From Verrucomicrobiales bacterium (GTDB taxonomy: Bacteria > Verrucomicrobiota > Verrucomicrobiia > Limisphaerales > UBA9464): DNA of 64,000 nt. The notes under the pieces are model-generated. The model had not been told where the DNA came from, made no database searches, and saw nothing but the letters and a program-made list of their open reading frames with translations. A program made the position numbers and the translations under genes. Shown here one piece after another: positions 7,213 through 16,600 of the stretch. The DNA lies in NCBI GenBank assembly GCA_027488845.1, contig JAIYBC010000055.1, positions 43,191 through 107,190 of the forward strand. Direction: 5' to 3'. Position 1 is the first letter of the stretch; each line of letters opens with the position of its first letter.

Positions 7213-10065
7213 ATGCCGGTTCGCATTTACGAGATCGCCAAGAAGCTGAACCTCGAGAGCAAGTTCGTGCTCACGAAGGCCAAGGAGCTCGGCATCGCCG
7301 CCGCGAAGGTCCCGTCGAGCACGCTCGACAAGATCACCGCCGAATTCCTCGAGGAGCAGCTGGCGCCGCTGGCCAAGCCCGCCGAAGCGCCAAAGCCGGC
7401 CGTGGAGCCGACGCCGGTTCTGATCATCAGCACCCCGGAACCGCCTCCCCCGGCGCCCGCCCCGGCACCGGCGGCGGCCCGCGTCCCCGAGGAGCCGGTT
7501 CGGCCCGCGCCGGCCGCTCCCGTTTCCGCCGTGGTCCCGGAGCCGGCTCCGGCGCCAAAGCCGACGGTCCAGACCCCGGTGGAACCTCCGCCGACGGCGG
7601 CCGCTCCTTCCGCCCCGGCGCCCGCCCCGGCCGTCATGGTTGCCGTCGAGCCCCCGGCCCGCGTCGAGGCGACAGCCCCGACTCCGCCGGAGCCGGCCGT
7701 CGTCGCAACGGTCCGTCCTCCGGCACCGGAGCCGACGGCGAAGCCCCCTGTCGAAGCGGTGGTTCCGCCGGCCGCGCCTGCGGCCGCAGCACCGGTGGTT
7801 CCTCCGGCGGCCATGGCCCCGAGCCCGACCACTCCTCCCGCCGCAGTGACCTCGTCCGCGCCTGCCGTACCGGCCGCGCCGGCCGCGCCAGTGGTCCCGC
7901 CGGCTCCGCCGACGCCGCCGACGCCGCCGCCTACCCAGACCGGCCAGTTGGTCGGCCGCATCGACCTCACCCAGTTCGGTTATGGCGGTCGCACCACCCG
8001 TGGCGTTTCGGGCAACCTGCCCGCCTCCCGGACCCCGGCCCCGGCCAATCCGCCGCCGCCGCGCAACCAGCCGCCTTCACCGGTGCGTCCCCTCGATGCA
8101 CGGGATCCGCGCAATCGCCCCGGTCAAATCCCGGGCTATCAGCGCCCTCCCTACCGTCCCGGCGGCCAACGTCCCGGCCAGTTCCAGGGCATCCGCCAAG
8201 CCGCTGGTCAGCCGCCCTCGACGCGGCCGTCCCAGCCCGTTCGTCCCCAGGTCGCCGCCGACGCGCCGACCATCATCATGCGTCCGCCGATCCTCGTCCG
8301 CGAACTGGCGGAGAAGATGGGCAAGAAGCCGTTCCAGATCATCGGCGACCTGATGCAGATGGGGGTGTTCGCCACGGTCACCCAGACCATCGAGACCGAG
8401 GCGGCGATCAAGATCTGCGCGAAGCACGGCATCCGCTTCGAGACCGAGAAGCGCGACAAGGCCGCCCACGTCGTCAACGTCCCCAAGGAGGACAAGATCG
8501 AACTCGACACCGAGGACACCGAGGAAAGCCTCAAGTCCCGTCCGCCGGTGGTCACGATCATGGGCCACGTCGACCACGGCAAGACCTCGCTCCTCGACGT
8601 CATCCGCAAGGCCAACGTCGTCAGCGGCGAGGCGGGTGGCATCACCCAGCACATCGGCGCCTACACCATCACCTACCCGCACCCGAACACCGGGAAGCTG
8701 GAGAGCCTCACGTTCCTCGACACCCCCGGCCACGCGGCCTTCGCCGCCATGCGCGCCCGCGGTGCCAACGTGACCGACATCGTGGTCCTCGTGGTCGCCG
8801 CCAACGACGGCGTGATGCCGCAGACGCTGGAGGCGCTTTCCCACGCCCGCGCCGCCAAGGTCCCCATCATCGTCGCGGTCAACAAGTGCGACCATCCGGC
8901 CTCCAATCCGATGAAGGTCCGCCAGCAGCTCCAGGACAAGGGGTTGGTTCCCGACGACTGGGGTGGCGACACGCTCTTCGTGGAGTGTTCCGCCCACACG
9001 AAGCAGGGGATCGACACGCTCATCGATTCCATCCTGCTCCAGGCCGAGCTGCTCGAGCTCAAGGCCAACCCGGACCGCAACGCCAAGGGCAACGTCATCG
9101 AGTCCGGCGTCGAGGCCGGCGGTTCCGTCGCCACCGTGCTGGTCCGCAAGGGCACGTTGCGCATCGGCGACGTCATCATCTGCGGCGAGTACTACGGCAA
9201 GGTCCGCGCCATGATGAACGAGGAAGGGCAGCGCCTGAAGGAGGCCTCCCCGTCCGTCGCCGTCCGTGTGCTCGGACTCAACGGCGTCCCCGAGGCCGGC
9301 TCGGAGTTCAGCGCCGTCGAGAACGAACGCGCCGCACGCGACCTCGCCGAGGAACGGGCCGACAGCCGGAAGAAGTCGGAGCTCGACGGCGACCGCGCCA
9401 AGGGCCGGACGTCCCTCTCCGACCTGTTCGGCCGCATCGGCGACCTCACCGCCAAGGTGCTCAAGGTCATCGTCAAGGCCGACACCCAGGGTTCCGTCGA
9501 GGCCATCGTCGGAGCCCTGCGCGAGATCAAGTCCGCCAAGGTCTCCCTCGAGGTCGTCCACAGCGCGGTCGGCGCGGTGAACGTCTCGGACATCAACCTC
9601 GCCCGCGGCTCCAAGGCGGTGGTGCTCGCCTTCCACACCCGCGTCGACAACAACGCGGCCGAGGAGGCCAAGCGCCACGCCGTCGAGATCCGCCTTTACG
9701 CGATCATCTACGAGTTGGTCGACCAGGTCCGTGACGCGATGGCGGGTCTCCTCGATCCGCTGCTCAAGGACACCGTCATCGGCCAGGCCGAGATCCGGAA
9801 GGTGTTCGACCTCTCCAAGGGTGGTCGTGTCGCCGGATGTTCCGTCACCACCGGCCGTCTGGTCCGTGGCAAGATGCGCCTGCGGCGCCGTGGCAACCTC
9901 GTCTACGAGGGAGTCTCGCTCACGCTCAAGCGCTTCCAGGACGAGGTCAACGAGGTCCGCTCGGGCATGGAGTGCGGTGTCCGTCTCGACGGTTTCGACG
10001 AGTACGAGGAAGGCGACATCATCGAGTGCTACGTGGTCGAGAAGGTCGCCGCGAAGCTCGAATGA
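7213..10065 (+). CDS. infB: Translation initiation factor IF-2
   Basis: The N-terminal domain is [20 protein letters not shown], followed by a long Pro/Ala-rich linker. The G domain has [22 protein letters not shown] and NKCD. The C-terminal region is IF2-like. Confidence 0.95.
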   Translation: MPVRIYEIAKKLNLESKFVLTKAKELGIAAAKVPSSTLDKITAEFLEEQLAPLAKPAEAPKPAVEPTPVLIISTPEPPPPAPAPAPAAARVPEEPVRPAPAAPVSAVVPEPAPAPKPTVQTPVEPPPTAAAPSAPAPAPAVMVAVEPPARVEATAPTPPEPAVVATVRPPAPEPTAKPPVEAVVPPAAPAAAAPVVPPAAMAPSPTTPPAAVTSSAPAVPAAPAAPVVPPAPPTPPTPPPTQTGQLVGRIDLTQFGYGGRTTRGVSGNLPASRTPAPANPPPPRNQPPSPVRPLDARDPRNRPGQIPGYQRPPYRPGGQRPGQFQGIRQAAGQPPSTRPSQPVRPQVAADAPTIIMRPPILVRELAEKMGKKPFQIIGDLMQMGVFATVTQTIETEAAIKICAKHGIRFETEKRDKAAHVVNVPKEDKIELDTEDTEESLKSRPPVVTIMGHVDHGKTSLLDVIRKANVVSGEAGGITQHIGAYTITYPHPNTGKLESLTFLDTPGHAAFAAMRARGANVTDIVVLVVAANDGVMPQTLEALSHARAAKVPIIVAVNKCDHPASNPMKVRQQLQDKGLVPDDWGGDTLFVECSAHTKQGIDTLIDSILLQAELLELKANPDRNAKGNVIESGVEAGGSVATVLVRKGTLRIGDVIICGEYYGKVRAMMNEEGQRLKEASPSVAVRVLGLNGVPEAGSEFSAVENERAARDLAEERADSRKKSELDGDRAKGRTSLSDLFGRIGDLTAKVLKVIVKADTQGSVEAIVGALREIKSAKVSLEVVHSAVGAVNVSDINLARGSKAVVLAFHTRVDNNAAEEAKRHAVEIRLYAIIYELVDQVRDAMAGLLDPLLKDTVIGQAEIRKVFDLSKGGRVAGCSVTTGRLVRGKMRLRRRGNLVYEGVSLTLKRFQDEVNEVRSGMECGVRLDGFDEYEEGDIIECYVVEKVAAKLE

Positions 10066-10078
10066 TCCTCGGCCAGCC

Positions 10079-10459
10079 GTGAACTACCAGGAACCACGTC
10101 CGCCCAGCCGGAGACTCCAGCGGGTCTCCGAGCTGCTCCGCCGGGAGCTCAGCGAACTCCTCCGCCGCGAGTTCTCCGTGGAGCAGGTGGGCCTGCTCAC
10201 CGTCAACGAGGTCAAGGTCGCGCCGGACATCAAGACCGCCACGGTCTACGTCAGCTTCGTCGGCACACGGGGCCAGCGCTCGGCCGCCGAGGAGAAGCTC
10301 TCGGCCAACGGCAAGCGGATCCAGGCCCTGCTTGGACCGCACCTGAGCATGAAGTGGACGCCCGTGCTGACCTTCCTGCTCGACGACTCGATCGAGAAGG
10401 GCAACCGCGTCCTCGCCATCCTCGACGAATTGGAGCAGGGGCAGAAGCCCCGCCCCTGA
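10079..10459 (+). CDS. rbfA: Ribosome-binding factor A
   Basis: A GTG start lies 14 nt after the infB stop. Supporting sequence is RRLQRVSELLRRELSELLRREF...LLTVNEVKVAPDIKTATVYVS. The position after infB is the conserved one. Confidence 0.85.
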   Translation: MNYQEPRPPSRRLQRVSELLRRELSELLRREFSVEQVGLLTVNEVKVAPDIKTATVYVSFVGTRGQRSAAEEKLSANGKRIQALLGPHLSMKWTPVLTFLLDDSIEKGNRVLAILDELEQGQKPRP

Positions 10460-10463
10460 CGCC

Positions 10464-11459
10464 ATGGCGCAGAAGGAAGCTCCCAAGGCGGTCGAGAACA
10501 TCCTGGAGGCCATCCGCCAGGCGAAATCCATCCTCGTCGTCGGCCATATCCGGCCGGACGGCGACTGCATCGGCAGCCAGGTCGGCCTGGCCTTGGCCCT
10601 CGAGTCCGCCGGCAAGGAGGTCACGGTCTGGAACCAGGATCCCGTGCCCGACAAGCTGCGCTTCATGGATCCGGAGAAACGGGTCCGCAAGCCCTCGTCC
10701 GGACACCGCTTCGACCTGGTCATCGCCACCGACTGCGCCGCCTTGGACCGCCTCGGCAAGGTCGCCGGCTATCTCCCGGACGGCGTGCCGTTGGTCAACA
10801 TCGACCACCACGCCTCGAACACGCGGTATGGGAAGTTCAACTGGGTTTCCCCCCGTGAGCCGAGCACCGGCGAGCTGATCTTCGACCTCTGCAAGTGGGC
10901 CGGCTGGAAGATCACCCAGCCGATCGCCGACTGCCTCTTCACCGCGGTCAGCACGGACACGGGAAGCTTCCAGTATCCGAGCACGACGCCGGACACCCTC
11001 CAGACCGCGGCGGAACTCGTCGAACGCGGGGCCAACCTCGGGCAGATCTGCCAGGAGGTCTACCAGAGCTATCCGCTCACCCGCATCCGGCTGCTGCGCC
11101 ACGTCTACTCGAACTTCCGTCTCTCGGACGACGGCCGCACCGCCTACTTCTGGCTGCGCAAGCGCGACTATGCCCGCGCCGGGGCCGGCACCGAGGAGGC
11201 CGAGGGCCTCATCGACCACATCCGCGCCATCGAGGGCGTCGTCGTGGCGATGGTCTTCGAGGAGGCCGAACCCGACGTCACCCGGGTCAGTTGGAGGTCC
11301 AAGACCCCGAACGTCGACGTCGCCGCCATCGCCCAGCAGTTCGGGGGCGGCGGTCACAAGGCGGCTGCCGGCGCCCGCATCCCGGGCAGTCCCCTCGGGG
11401 TCCAGAGAAGGGTCCTCACGGCGGTCCGGAAGGCCTTCAAGGCCGCCAAATCCGCCTGA
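10464..11459 (+). CDS. nrnA: DHH/DHHA1 phosphoesterase (NrnA-like oligoribonuclease/pAp phosphatase)
   Basis: Motifs are VVGHIRPDGDCIGS, DLVIATDC, VNIDHH, TDTGSFQY and a C-terminal GGGGHKAAAG. It sits between rbfA and truB, as in many bacteria. Confidence 0.85.
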   Translation: MAQKEAPKAVENILEAIRQAKSILVVGHIRPDGDCIGSQVGLALALESAGKEVTVWNQDPVPDKLRFMDPEKRVRKPSSGHRFDLVIATDCAALDRLGKVAGYLPDGVPLVNIDHHASNTRYGKFNWVSPREPSTGELIFDLCKWAGWKITQPIADCLFTAVSTDTGSFQYPSTTPDTLQTAAELVERGANLGQICQEVYQSYPLTRIRLLRHVYSNFRLSDDGRTAYFWLRKRDYARAGAGTEEAEGLIDHIRAIEGVVVAMVFEEAEPDVTRVSWRSKTPNVDVAAIAQQFGGGGHKAAAGARIPGSPLGVQRRVLTAVRKAFKAAKSA

Positions 11460-11511
11460 TCCGGATCCCGGATCCCGGTTTTCCCCTCATCCGTCAGCGA
11501 CAGACGACACG

Positions 11512-12234
11512 ATGGCCATCCCCTCCATAACGCCCCTCGACGGCGCCCTGCTGGTCGACAAGCCCTCCACTTGGACCTCGCACGACGTCGTGGCGAAGCT
11601 CCGCAACCATTTCCGCCTCGAGAAGGTGGGCCACTGCGGGACGCTCGATCCCATGGCCACGGGACTGCTGATCCTCGTCCTCGGCAAGGCCACCCGCTAT
11701 TCCGAGCGGTTCATGTCCTCGGACAAGGTGTACGAGGGCGTGATGCGCCTGGGGGAGACCACCGATTCCTACGATGCCGACGGCGAGTTGACCGGTTCAC
11801 TGCCGGTGCCGCCGTTGTCCCTCGCCGACCTCAACGAGGCGGCGGCCCAATTCACCGGCGACCAGTTGCAGACCCCGCCGATGGTGAGCGCGATCAAGAT
11901 CGGCGGCACCCCCCTGTACAAGCTGGCGCGCAAGGGGCAGGAGGTGCATCGCGAGCCGCGGCTTGTCCACGTCTACACCTACCAGTTCGACGAGTACGAG
12001 GAGCCGTTCGCCTACTTCCGGGTCAGCTGCACGAAGGGCACCTACGTCCGGAGCCTCGCCCACGACCTGGGACAGAAGGTCGGCTGCGGCGCGCATCTGA
12101 CCCGGCTCCGCCGTGTGACCAGCGGGAGGTTCGACATCGCGGACGCCGCGCCCCTGGCCGATATCCTCAAGTGGGACTCCGCGGAGCTGGAGAAGCACGT
12201 CATCCCGTTCCTCAAGCTGAAGTCCTTCGAGTAG
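11512..12234 (+). CDS. truB: tRNA pseudouridine(55) synthase
   Basis: Supporting motifs are GALLVDKPSTWTSHDVV, KVGHCGTLDPMATGLLIL (catalytic Asp), PPMVSAIKIGG and TKGTYVRSLAHDLG. The true ATG is at 11512 inside the longer ORF 11170..12234. Confidence 0.9.
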   Translation: MAIPSITPLDGALLVDKPSTWTSHDVVAKLRNHFRLEKVGHCGTLDPMATGLLILVLGKATRYSERFMSSDKVYEGVMRLGETTDSYDADGELTGSLPVPPLSLADLNEAAAQFTGDQLQTPPMVSAIKIGGTPLYKLARKGQEVHREPRLVHVYTYQFDEYEEPFAYFRVSCTKGTYVRSLAHDLGQKVGCGAHLTRLRRVTSGRFDIADAAPLADILKWDSAELEKHVIPFLKLKSFE

Positions 12235-12322
12235 CCCCTTAGGTCCGGCTCCTCGGATTCCGGCCCGATTTTCCGGGAGATTCCCACGACATTTCCGCCG
12301 TGTTTTCGCCGGCGCTCCCGCG

Positions 12323-13471
12323 TCACTCGTCGTCGTCGCTGACGCCCTGGATACGCTTCATCGGACAGCCGGCGCGGAGCCAGCCGTTCACGAACGGGTC
12401 GAGTGAGCCGTCCATGACGCCCTGCACGTCGCTGGTCTGAACGCCGGTCCGCAGGTCCTTCACCATGCGGTAGGGCTGGAAGACGTAGCTCCGGATCTGG
12501 TTGCCCCAGCTGACGCTGCCCTTGTCGCCATAGAACTTGTCCATGTCGGACTTCGCCTGGTCCAGCTTCAGCGCGAAGATCTTCGAGATCAGCATGGTCA
12601 TGGCGGTCGCCTCGTTCTGGGCCTGGCTGCGCTGGGCCTGCGAGGCGGCGACGATGCCGGTCGGGATGTGTGTCAGGCGGACCGCCGTCTCGACCTTGTT
12701 CACGTTCTGGCCGCCCTTGCCGCCGGAGCGGAAGGTGTCGCGTTGGATCTCGCTCTTCGGGATGACGATGTCGCTCTCCGAGATGTCGTCGATCTCCGCG
12801 ATGACGTCGATGCTGGCGAAGCTGGTGTGGCGCCGCTTGTTGGAGTCGAAGGGGGAGATGCGGACGAGCCGGTGGACGCCGCGTTCCGCCTTGCAGAAAC
12901 CGTAGGCGTTCTCGCCCTCGACACGGAAGGTGACGCTCTTGATGCCGGCCTGTTCGCCGGGCAGCGCATCGGTGGCCTCGTACTTCCATCCGCGCGACTC
13001 GAACCAGCGTTCGTACATCCGGGACAGCATCTGTGCCCAGTCCTGGGCCTCGGTGCCGCCGGCGCCGGCCTGGATCGAGAAGATCGCCGTCCGGTGGTCG
13101 TGGGGACCGGTCAGGAGGATCTCGAGTTCGTACCGCTCCAGTTCCCGGCCCAGTCGCGCGATCTCCACGTCCGCCTCGGCCTGCACGGCGTCCTGGCCGG
13201 CCTGGGGCTCCGCCTCGCCCAGCTCCAGGAGCACGCCGATGTCGTCGCAACGGCGGCCGAATCCGATCAGCGGCTCGGCCTTCTTCTTCAGCGTGTTGGT
13301 CTCCTCGATGACCTTCTTCGCCAGTTCCTGGTTGTTCCAGAAGCTGTCGGAAGCCATCTGCGCCTCCAGCTCCGCCAGGCGCTTCTGGGCGGCGGGCAGG
13401 TCGATGAACCGGCGCATCTGCCCGATCTTGGACGAGATGCCGTCCAGATTGGACCGTGTGACTTCGAACAT
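12323..13471 (-). CDS. prfB: Peptide chain release factor 2, encoded in a single frame
   Basis: The SPF tripeptide (RISPFDSNKRRHTSF) and the GGQ motif (SGGKGGQNVNK) are present, and the N-terminus MFEV...RRFIDLPAAQKRLAELE is RF2-like. No internal UGA frameshift site is present. Confidence 0.9.
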   Translation of the reverse strand: MFEVTRSNLDGISSKIGQMRRFIDLPAAQKRLAELEAQMASDSFWNNQELAKKVIEETNTLKKKAEPLIGFGRRCDDIGVLLELGEAEPQAGQDAVQAEADVEIARLGRELERYELEILLTGPHDHRTAIFSIQAGAGGTEAQDWAQMLSRMYERWFESRGWKYEATDALPGEQAGIKSVTFRVEGENAYGFCKAERGVHRLVRISPFDSNKRRHTSFASIDVIAEIDDISESDIVIPKSEIQRDTFRSGGKGGQNVNKVETAVRLTHIPTGIVAASQAQRSQAQNEATAMTMLISKIFALKLDQAKSDMDKFYGDKGSVSWGNQIRSYVFQPYRMVKDLRTGVQTSDVQGVMDGSLDPFVNGWLRAGCPMKRIQGVSDDDE

Positions 13472-13648
13472 AGAGGGGTCAGCGTAACGGGAAACCGCGC
13501 GGGGTGTCGAATCGCGAATCCCGGTCCGTGCAGGGTGACGGCACCGGGTCCGGTCGGAGGAAATGCGTCCACCTGGGCCTGTCCGAATCGGTTGCGCCCA
13601 GAACCGAATGGCGTCGGGGATGGGATCGGTTCATGCTTGGAAGATCCC

Positions 13649-16600
13649 ATGAATCGTCACCTGGCCATCCTCCTGGCGACCCTTTTCGTCTCCGTGCGCG
13701 TCGCAGCGCAGGTCACGCTGACGGAGTTCCTGACCGCCAACACGCGAGGACTGAGGGACGAGAACCTCGAGTTCAGCGACTGGATCGAAATCCGGAACGA
13801 AGGTTCCACGCCTGTGAACCTGCTGGACTGGACGCTGACCGACGATCCGGCGCGCCCGGATCTTTGGAGTCTGCCGTCGACGAACCTGCCGGCCGGCGGG
13901 TTCCTGCTGGTCTTCGCCTCGGGAAAGGACCGGTCCCTGGCGGGAAGGGAGCTGCATGCGTCGTTCTCGCTTTCCGCTGCGGGCGGCTATCTGGCGCTTT
14001 TCCCGCCCGAGTCGCCGGTGGCGGCGACCGAATACGTGGACTATCCGCAGCAGACGCCGGACGTGTCGTTCGGGCTTGTGGCGGAAGGGCGCAACTTCTT
14101 CAACCCGCCGACGCCGCGCGCCGTGAACGGGGCGGGTCTTCAGGACCGGGTGGCGGACACCCGGTTCAGCCGTGACCGTGGGTTCCATTCGGCCCCCTTC
14201 GACCTGGTGATCAGCACGGCGACGCCGGGTGCGGTCATCCGCTATACCACCAACGGGGCGACGCCGACCGTGACCGTCGGGACCCCCTACACGGGACCCA
14301 TCCGCATCGTGGGAACGACCGTCGTGCGGGCGGCAGCCTTCCGGGACGGCTTCCAGCCCTCCGACGTCGACACGCAGAGCTACCTGTTCATCGGGGACAT
14401 CCTGAGGCAGTCGCCGGACGGCAGGGCCCCGGCGGGCTGGCCGACCAGTTGGGGCAACGGCCAGGTGACCGACTACGGCATGGATCCCGACATCGTGAAC
14501 TCGGCGGCCTACCGGAACCTCATGACCAACGCCCTGTTGGCCTTGCCGACCTTCTGTCTGGTCACCGACCAGGCGAACCTCTTCAGCACCTCCACGGGCA
14601 TCTACGCGAATCCCGGTGCGGACGGCCGGGCCTGGGAGCGGCCGGCATCCCTGGAGCTGATCCACCCCGACGGCCGGGCGGGTTTCCAGGAGAACTGCGG
14701 CGTCCGGATCCGCGGCGGATTCTCGAGGAGCACGGACAATCCGAAGCACGCTTTCCGATTCTATTTCCGGGAGCAGTACGGGAAGTCGCGGCTGGCCTAT
14801 CCGGTCTTCGGCACGGCCGGGCCGCAGGAGCTGGAGCAGTTCGACCTCCGAACCTTCCAGAACTACTCCTGGAGCTTCGGCGGGGACCCGGTCGGGGTCT
14901 TCTTCCGCGACCTCTTCTCCAGGGACACTCAGGTCGCGATGGGCCGCAACGGCGAGCGCGGCGACTATTTCCACCTGTATGTGAACGGCATGTACTTCGG
15001 CGTCTTCAACAGCTGCGAGCGTCCCGAGGCCAGCTTCGGGGAGCACTACTACGGCGGCTCCAAGGACGACTACGACGTGGTCAAGGTCGAGCCGGACGCG
15101 GGGTATGTGGTGGAGGCGACCGACGGCAACCTCGCCGCCTGGACCCGGTTGTACAACGCGGCCAGGGCGGGCCTGACCAACAACGCGGACTACTTCCGGA
15201 TCCAGGGGCGCGACGCCACGGGTGCGGAGGATCCGGGTGCCGAGGTGTTGGTGAACGTCCCCGACCTGATCGACTACATGCTGGTGGCCTTCTACACCGG
15301 CAACTTCGACGCGCCGGTGTCGCGGTTCCTGGGCGAGAGTTCGCCCAACAACTTCTTCGCGTTGCGGAGCCGGTCCAACCGCATGGGCTTCCACTTCGTC
15401 TCCCATGACGCGGAACACACGCTGAAGGCGGACGAGCCCTCGATCGACCGGACCGGTCCCTTCTCGGCGGGAACCACCTCCGTCACGAAGAGCAATCCCT
15501 ACCACTTCTTCCGCCAGATGACGGCCAACGCGGAGTTCCGGCTGACCTTCGCGGACCATGTCCAGCGGCACTTCTTCAACGGAGGCACCCTGACCACGGA
15601 GTCGGTCTTGGCCCGCATCGCACGTCGGACCAACGAACTGTTCCTGCCGGTCGTGGCGGAGTCGGCGAGGTGGGGCGATTCCAAGCGGCCGACATCGCCG
15701 CTCACCCGCGACGCCCACTGGATCCCGGCGGTGCGTGCGGTGCAGCAGCAGTTCGTCGGCCCGAGGACGGCGACGGTCCTGCAGCAGTTCCGGAACAAGG
15801 GCTGGCTTCCGACCCTGGTGGCCCCTTCGTTCAGCCAGCATGGCGGCCCGGTCACGACGGGGCAGGGGATCGTGCTCAGCGCACCGGCCGGGACGGTGAT
15901 GTACACCGTGGACGGTTCGGATCCGCGGCTGGTCGGGGGCGCGGTCGCGCCGGCGGCGAGGACGTCCAGGTCCGGCGACGCGCTCCGTTTCACCGATCCC
16001 ACCACGGTGAAGGCCCGGGCGCTCAACGGAACCAATTGGAGCGCGCTCACCGAGGCGCGTTTCATCCCGGTCTACACCTTCGACGGCTCGAGCCTGATGT
16101 TCTCCGAGATCCAGTACCGCCCGATCGGCGGACCCGGGGTCTCGAGCGAGGACTTCGAGTTCGTCGAACTCAAGAACGTCGGCAACACCGAGCTGAACCT
16201 CTCCGGCCTCCGTTTCTCCGAGGGCATCACCTACGTCTTCCCAGACGGAAGCCGCCTGGCACCCGGGCGTTTCGTGGTGCTGGTCGGCAATCCCTCGACC
16301 TTCACCAACCGCAATCCCGGCGTGCGTTTCGACGGCGCCTTCACCGGGCGGCTGTCCGACGGCGGCGAGCGTCTGACACTCGAGCACGCCGCGGGCGGGG
16401 TGGTCACCTCGGTGCGCTACGACAACTCGGCCCCTTGGCCGACGACGCCCGACGGTCTCGGCTTCTCGCTGGTGCCGGTGAATCCCGACGCCAACCCGGA
16501 TCCGGATTCGGCCTCCGGCTGGCGGGCCAGCTCCGCCATCGGCGGGTCTCCTGGCCGGGACGATCCCGCCTTCCAGGCGGTGCCGGTGGTGGTCAACGAA

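Noticed and set aside
7380-8280. A highly repetitive Pro/Ala-rich stretch (PAPAPA..., PPAA...) that might be taken for a tandem repeat array or a separate gene. It is also mirrored by antisense ORF 7227..7970.
   Set aside because: It is in frame within infB, between the conserved N-terminal domain and the G domain. That is where IF-2 proteins carry a variable low-complexity linker. It has no regular period and no spacer structure.
12323-13471. I looked for the programmed +1 frameshift site (CUU UGA C) typical of prfB.
   Set aside because: The whole RF2, including the N-terminal region ...RRFIDLPAAQKRL..., is in one frame. Absence of the frameshift is known in a minority of bacterial lineages, so this is lineage variation and not an anomaly. 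Only the short acidic C-terminal extension (RIQGVSDDDE) is slightly unusual.
12668-13648. The upstream 327 codons of the 2069-aa ORF 12668..18877.
   Set aside because: This part is antisense to prfB and reads as Ala/Gly/Asp/Leu-rich filler. A proper signal peptide (MNRHLAILLATLFVSVRVAAQ) starts at ATG 13649, so the CotH gene was trimmed to 13649.
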